Shown here piece after piece: positions 60,684 through 64,000 of a stretch of DNA of 64,000 bases. The notes under the pieces were generated by a model. It saw nothing but the letters and a program-made list of their open reading frames with translations, was not told the origin of the DNA and ran no database searches. Position numbers and translations under genes: made by a program. Each line of letters starts with the position of its first letter. Position 1 is the first letter of the stretch. The DNA is from Camelus dromedarius. Lineage: Eukaryota. The stretch lies in the NCBI RefSeq assembly GCF_036321535.1, contig NC_087442.1:1364001-1428000 (forward strand). The letters run 5' to 3'.

Positions 60684-62105
60684 GTAAGTTCACGTGACAA
60701 CTTTTCGCTTAAAGTCTGTACCTTTTCAAGATATTTTTTATAAACTTCTAGTTTCTAGACTTTTTTCAGAAAGATCATTCTTCGAAATATAGTACTTCCT
60801 CCCATATTATTTTATACCTTTACTTCTATAATTCATTTATATATAGGGCTATACCAAAACAAGCACTTTTATCAAATAAAGGCCATTTTTTTTCAGATAC
60901 TTAAAAATACTCCTTCTCCAAACAATAGACTTAATTTTTTTCACTGACTAGTTTAACTTTTGAGTACTCTAGTGAGGAAACTGATTTTTTTTAAAACGAT
61001 GTTTAATGTCTAGAAAATATTAAACTGATTTTTTCCCACATGAAACATTTTTAAAAACTTATAATTTTGTAAGTGGTTTTAAAAATTGAAAATCTATGAA
61101 ACTTGTTTTATGCTGCGTTATGTCCATGGAATTAGACCTGACAGCGGGGAGCTCTATGAGAGCACACCCGACGTGAAGGGCGCCCGCCAGCTCTTTAGTG
61201 CTTTACTCGCCTGTCGTTCATACAGTTTTCTTAATACTTCAGTTCACAGAGAATTTACTTTTAAAAGTGAAACGTTTCTACTTCGTCATTGAAATAGCTG
61301 ACTAAAGCTTCATTTGGTGTTCTTATCTTTTATAAAGCACTGTTGCAGACTGTATTCTCAGTTCTTGGCTAAATATTATTTCAGACAAAAAATTCCATTA
61401 AACAGTTTTCTTTATTTCTAGACTTAGGATCTGACTTAAGAGTGCTCACCAGTGATTAGAAAACCCCATTATCCAGCCTCAGCTGTCTGCTTACAACACA
61501 GATTACGAGTAACTTCTGGGAGCCTTTGTTTTAGCTCCTGCACTGCTCTATTATGCATTCAAGATTCACAGCTATGAGGGATGCAGACTGTGCCAAGAAA
61601 GTGTAAGCTTTATTACAGTTGTCTTCATAATTCTTACAAAGAAGCTCACGTTTTAATAAAAAGTGAAACCTAAGTGTAAATGTAACAGGGACCACTGTTC
61701 CCCGGGCTGACACAAAGCCCGCCTGTTAGTGGTCTGTCTTCTTTTGTGTTTGCGATGTAAGGCTTGTTATTGTTCGACAGCTGCTCATGGTGCGCAGATC
61801 TTGAAAATGCCAAAAATATGTACTTCAGTAACTTGTAACTGTTATCATTTGCATTATGGCAGTCCAACAGATAATTTCTGTGATATTACAGCCAACCTAC
61901 CATTTTATCAGTGATGAAATTCACTCTGCTGTTATTTAAAATTAATTGTTAATAGTAATATATACTGATTTTATGAAAGAAAATTACATGCTGAGTACAG
62001 TTTTAATACAAAGAAAACAAATTAATGGCAAAATGTGCTTTTTGAAGATCAACAAATTAAATTCCTGAGTAGTTTGCCATAGAGATAAATAAAAAGAAGA
62101 AAAAG

Positions 62106-62405
62106 NNNNNNNNNNNNNNNNNNNNNNNNNNNNNNNNNNNNNNNNNNNNNNNNNNNNNNNNNNNNNNNNNNNNNNNNNNNNNNNNNNNNNNNNNNNNNNN
62201 NNNNNNNNNNNNNNNNNNNNNNNNNNNNNNNNNNNNNNNNNNNNNNNNNNNNNNNNNNNNNNNNNNNNNNNNNNNNNNNNNNNNNNNNNNNNNNNNNNNN
62301 NNNNNNNNNNNNNNNNNNNNNNNNNNNNNNNNNNNNNNNNNNNNNNNNNNNNNNNNNNNNNNNNNNNNNNNNNNNNNNNNNNNNNNNNNNNNNNNNNNNN
62401 NNNNN
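62106..62405. other. N gap, 300 nt
   Basis: Run of N. Confidence 1.
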
Positions 62406-64000
62406 CTTGGGAATTGAGTCTTTGATTCTAAGAGGATAAAACATAGAGAACTGTCATGAATATTATCCTGGTGTATAACGGGGTTTTGATTTACTAGACG
62501 AAAAGCTTGTAAGATTAGAATAGAGGATGCATTTAACAGCCAAATTCCAAGCTGTGAAAGTTTTCACTCTTTCTCATTGCCTCTCCTGAGGAAATCCCGA
62601 CCCTTCGGGTGCTCTCGTGTGCTCCTGTGAGTTCAACCAGCAGTCACAGTTGCATGAGAAATGAAGCAGCAAGAAGTAGAATTTACCTGTGTATGGGCAG
62701 TTTTGTTCTTATTTTAATAATTTTTAGTGATGATTATAACTTTAATTGGAAATTGGAAATACATTGAATCCTGTAGAAAATAATTAATTTGGTGAGACTT
62801 TTGCTTCAAAAATGAGAATTTTGAGGGTTTTTTAAAAAAAAATTTAATTTGCCAACTGCTACTGCTGCGCCGTCACAGGCTTAAACTGTAGCTTTAGGCG
62901 TGAATGCCTGGTGACATGACAGGTTTATTAAAGAATTCCTTTGAGATAGCTTCTTATATTTAAACTTAGAAAATTTTGTACTGATTGAAAAATTACTGCT
63001 AAGTAGATTTTATAAGCATATCACTTGCCACGAAGAATTAGGGAGCGAGCGTTCTGGCCGTGTATTTCTAGCCAAATATAATTAATATAGATGATAGTTT
63101 TGTTGCCCACAGGAAACACAATGAGTGAGTGCTTAACATTTCTTATTCAGACTCTTTAAAACCTTTAAGAGTAATGCTGTGCTAGTGGGTATGATTTCCA
63201 AACACGGTTTGGCTGCCTATTTAGTCTTCAGTTTTAAAGGCTCTAACATTTTGGGGGATATGATGTCCACATTTTTAGTAATCAGTTTACTGTTGGGTAT
63301 AATAGACTCTCAACGTGGTAAGAGGAGATGGTCAACAAGGTGAATATAGAACAGGATCAAACCCAATGCCTTTTCTATAGTAAAGTATTTTAAAGGCGAC
63401 AGTGAGCTTTGTGAGAATAGATTTTGCAAGGTTGCTGACATGTTCTTTGTTGTGCTTAATCGGGGAAAAACTTGAGGGGCTGACAGTTTTTGCATCATCT
63501 TTATTTGAAATCTCTAACAGGAAAATTTTTCTCAGATAACCAACAAACTTTGCAGTACTTTTACCAATTTCTATTTTGAAATTATGTTTATAGTTATATT
63601 TTTATCCTGAAATTCTTTCTGTAACTTGTAAGTTATGCAAGGCCCAAACGCAGATTTTTTTTTAATGTGCTTATGCTATTAAAACAAAAAACTATTGTCC
63701 TTTCAAATCAGCTTGAATTTATTTTTAGTGCTTCCATGTATGTATCCTCTGGGTCCCATGTAGTCCATCACCTTGCAGAAGAAAAAGTGGATTATTCTCC
63801 TGGCCCATGATGGAGGGGCCGTGTTTAAAAACTGGTCCTTTTCGGAGAGGTCTTTGTTTGGGTTTGTAAATACACTGCTGATCTTTACCCAGGGCTTTCC
63901 CCCTCACTGTGAATCAGAAAGAAGTGATGCTTAGATACGACCGTTGGGAAATAAATGTGAGTCATGATGTGTGTTCCTGACTGACTGTGACTGTAATGTA

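Noticed and set aside
60684-64000. LMBR1 exon 16 (GITRFDLLGDFGRFNWLG...)
   Set aside because: Not found in the sequenced bases; probably downstream of the window, though the 300-N gap cannot be excluded
1-64000. CRISPR arrays, rRNA, prokaryotic operons or defence systems
   Set aside because: Intron-exon mammalian DNA with no such signatures

Overview
Mammalian genomic DNA, probably camelid (judged from a lineage-type L1 3' end and a tRNA-derived SINE). It covers the middle of LMBR1 on the + strand: 11 coding exons (human-numbered 5-15, 906 nt, 302 codons, open frame) with canonical splice sites. Intron 13 is a U12-type (minor spliceosome) GT-AG intron. Intron 5 (6746-32124) holds the ZRS/MFCS1 long-range SHH limb enhancer (~11892-12710), whose central 180 nt are unsequenced (N). 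A probable pre-ZRS lies upstream, and there is a candidate SHH-facing CTCF anchor ~4 kb downstream. The rest is mostly old repeats: sense-strand L1 blocks, L2, MIR, MLT1, MER3, Tigger4, two solo-LTR-like elements and a near-full-length Tigger1 with nested L1 pieces. There are five N gaps. The main system (ZRS in LMBR1) is well known, not new. Candidate undescribed signals are in-frame cryptic/micro exons in intron 5, a strong PTC-creating alternative donor after exon 12, CTCF-like motifs, two mini CpG patches and AT-to-GC-biased repeat decay. Repeat family names and human/mouse comparisons come from recalled consensus sequences, not computed alignments.
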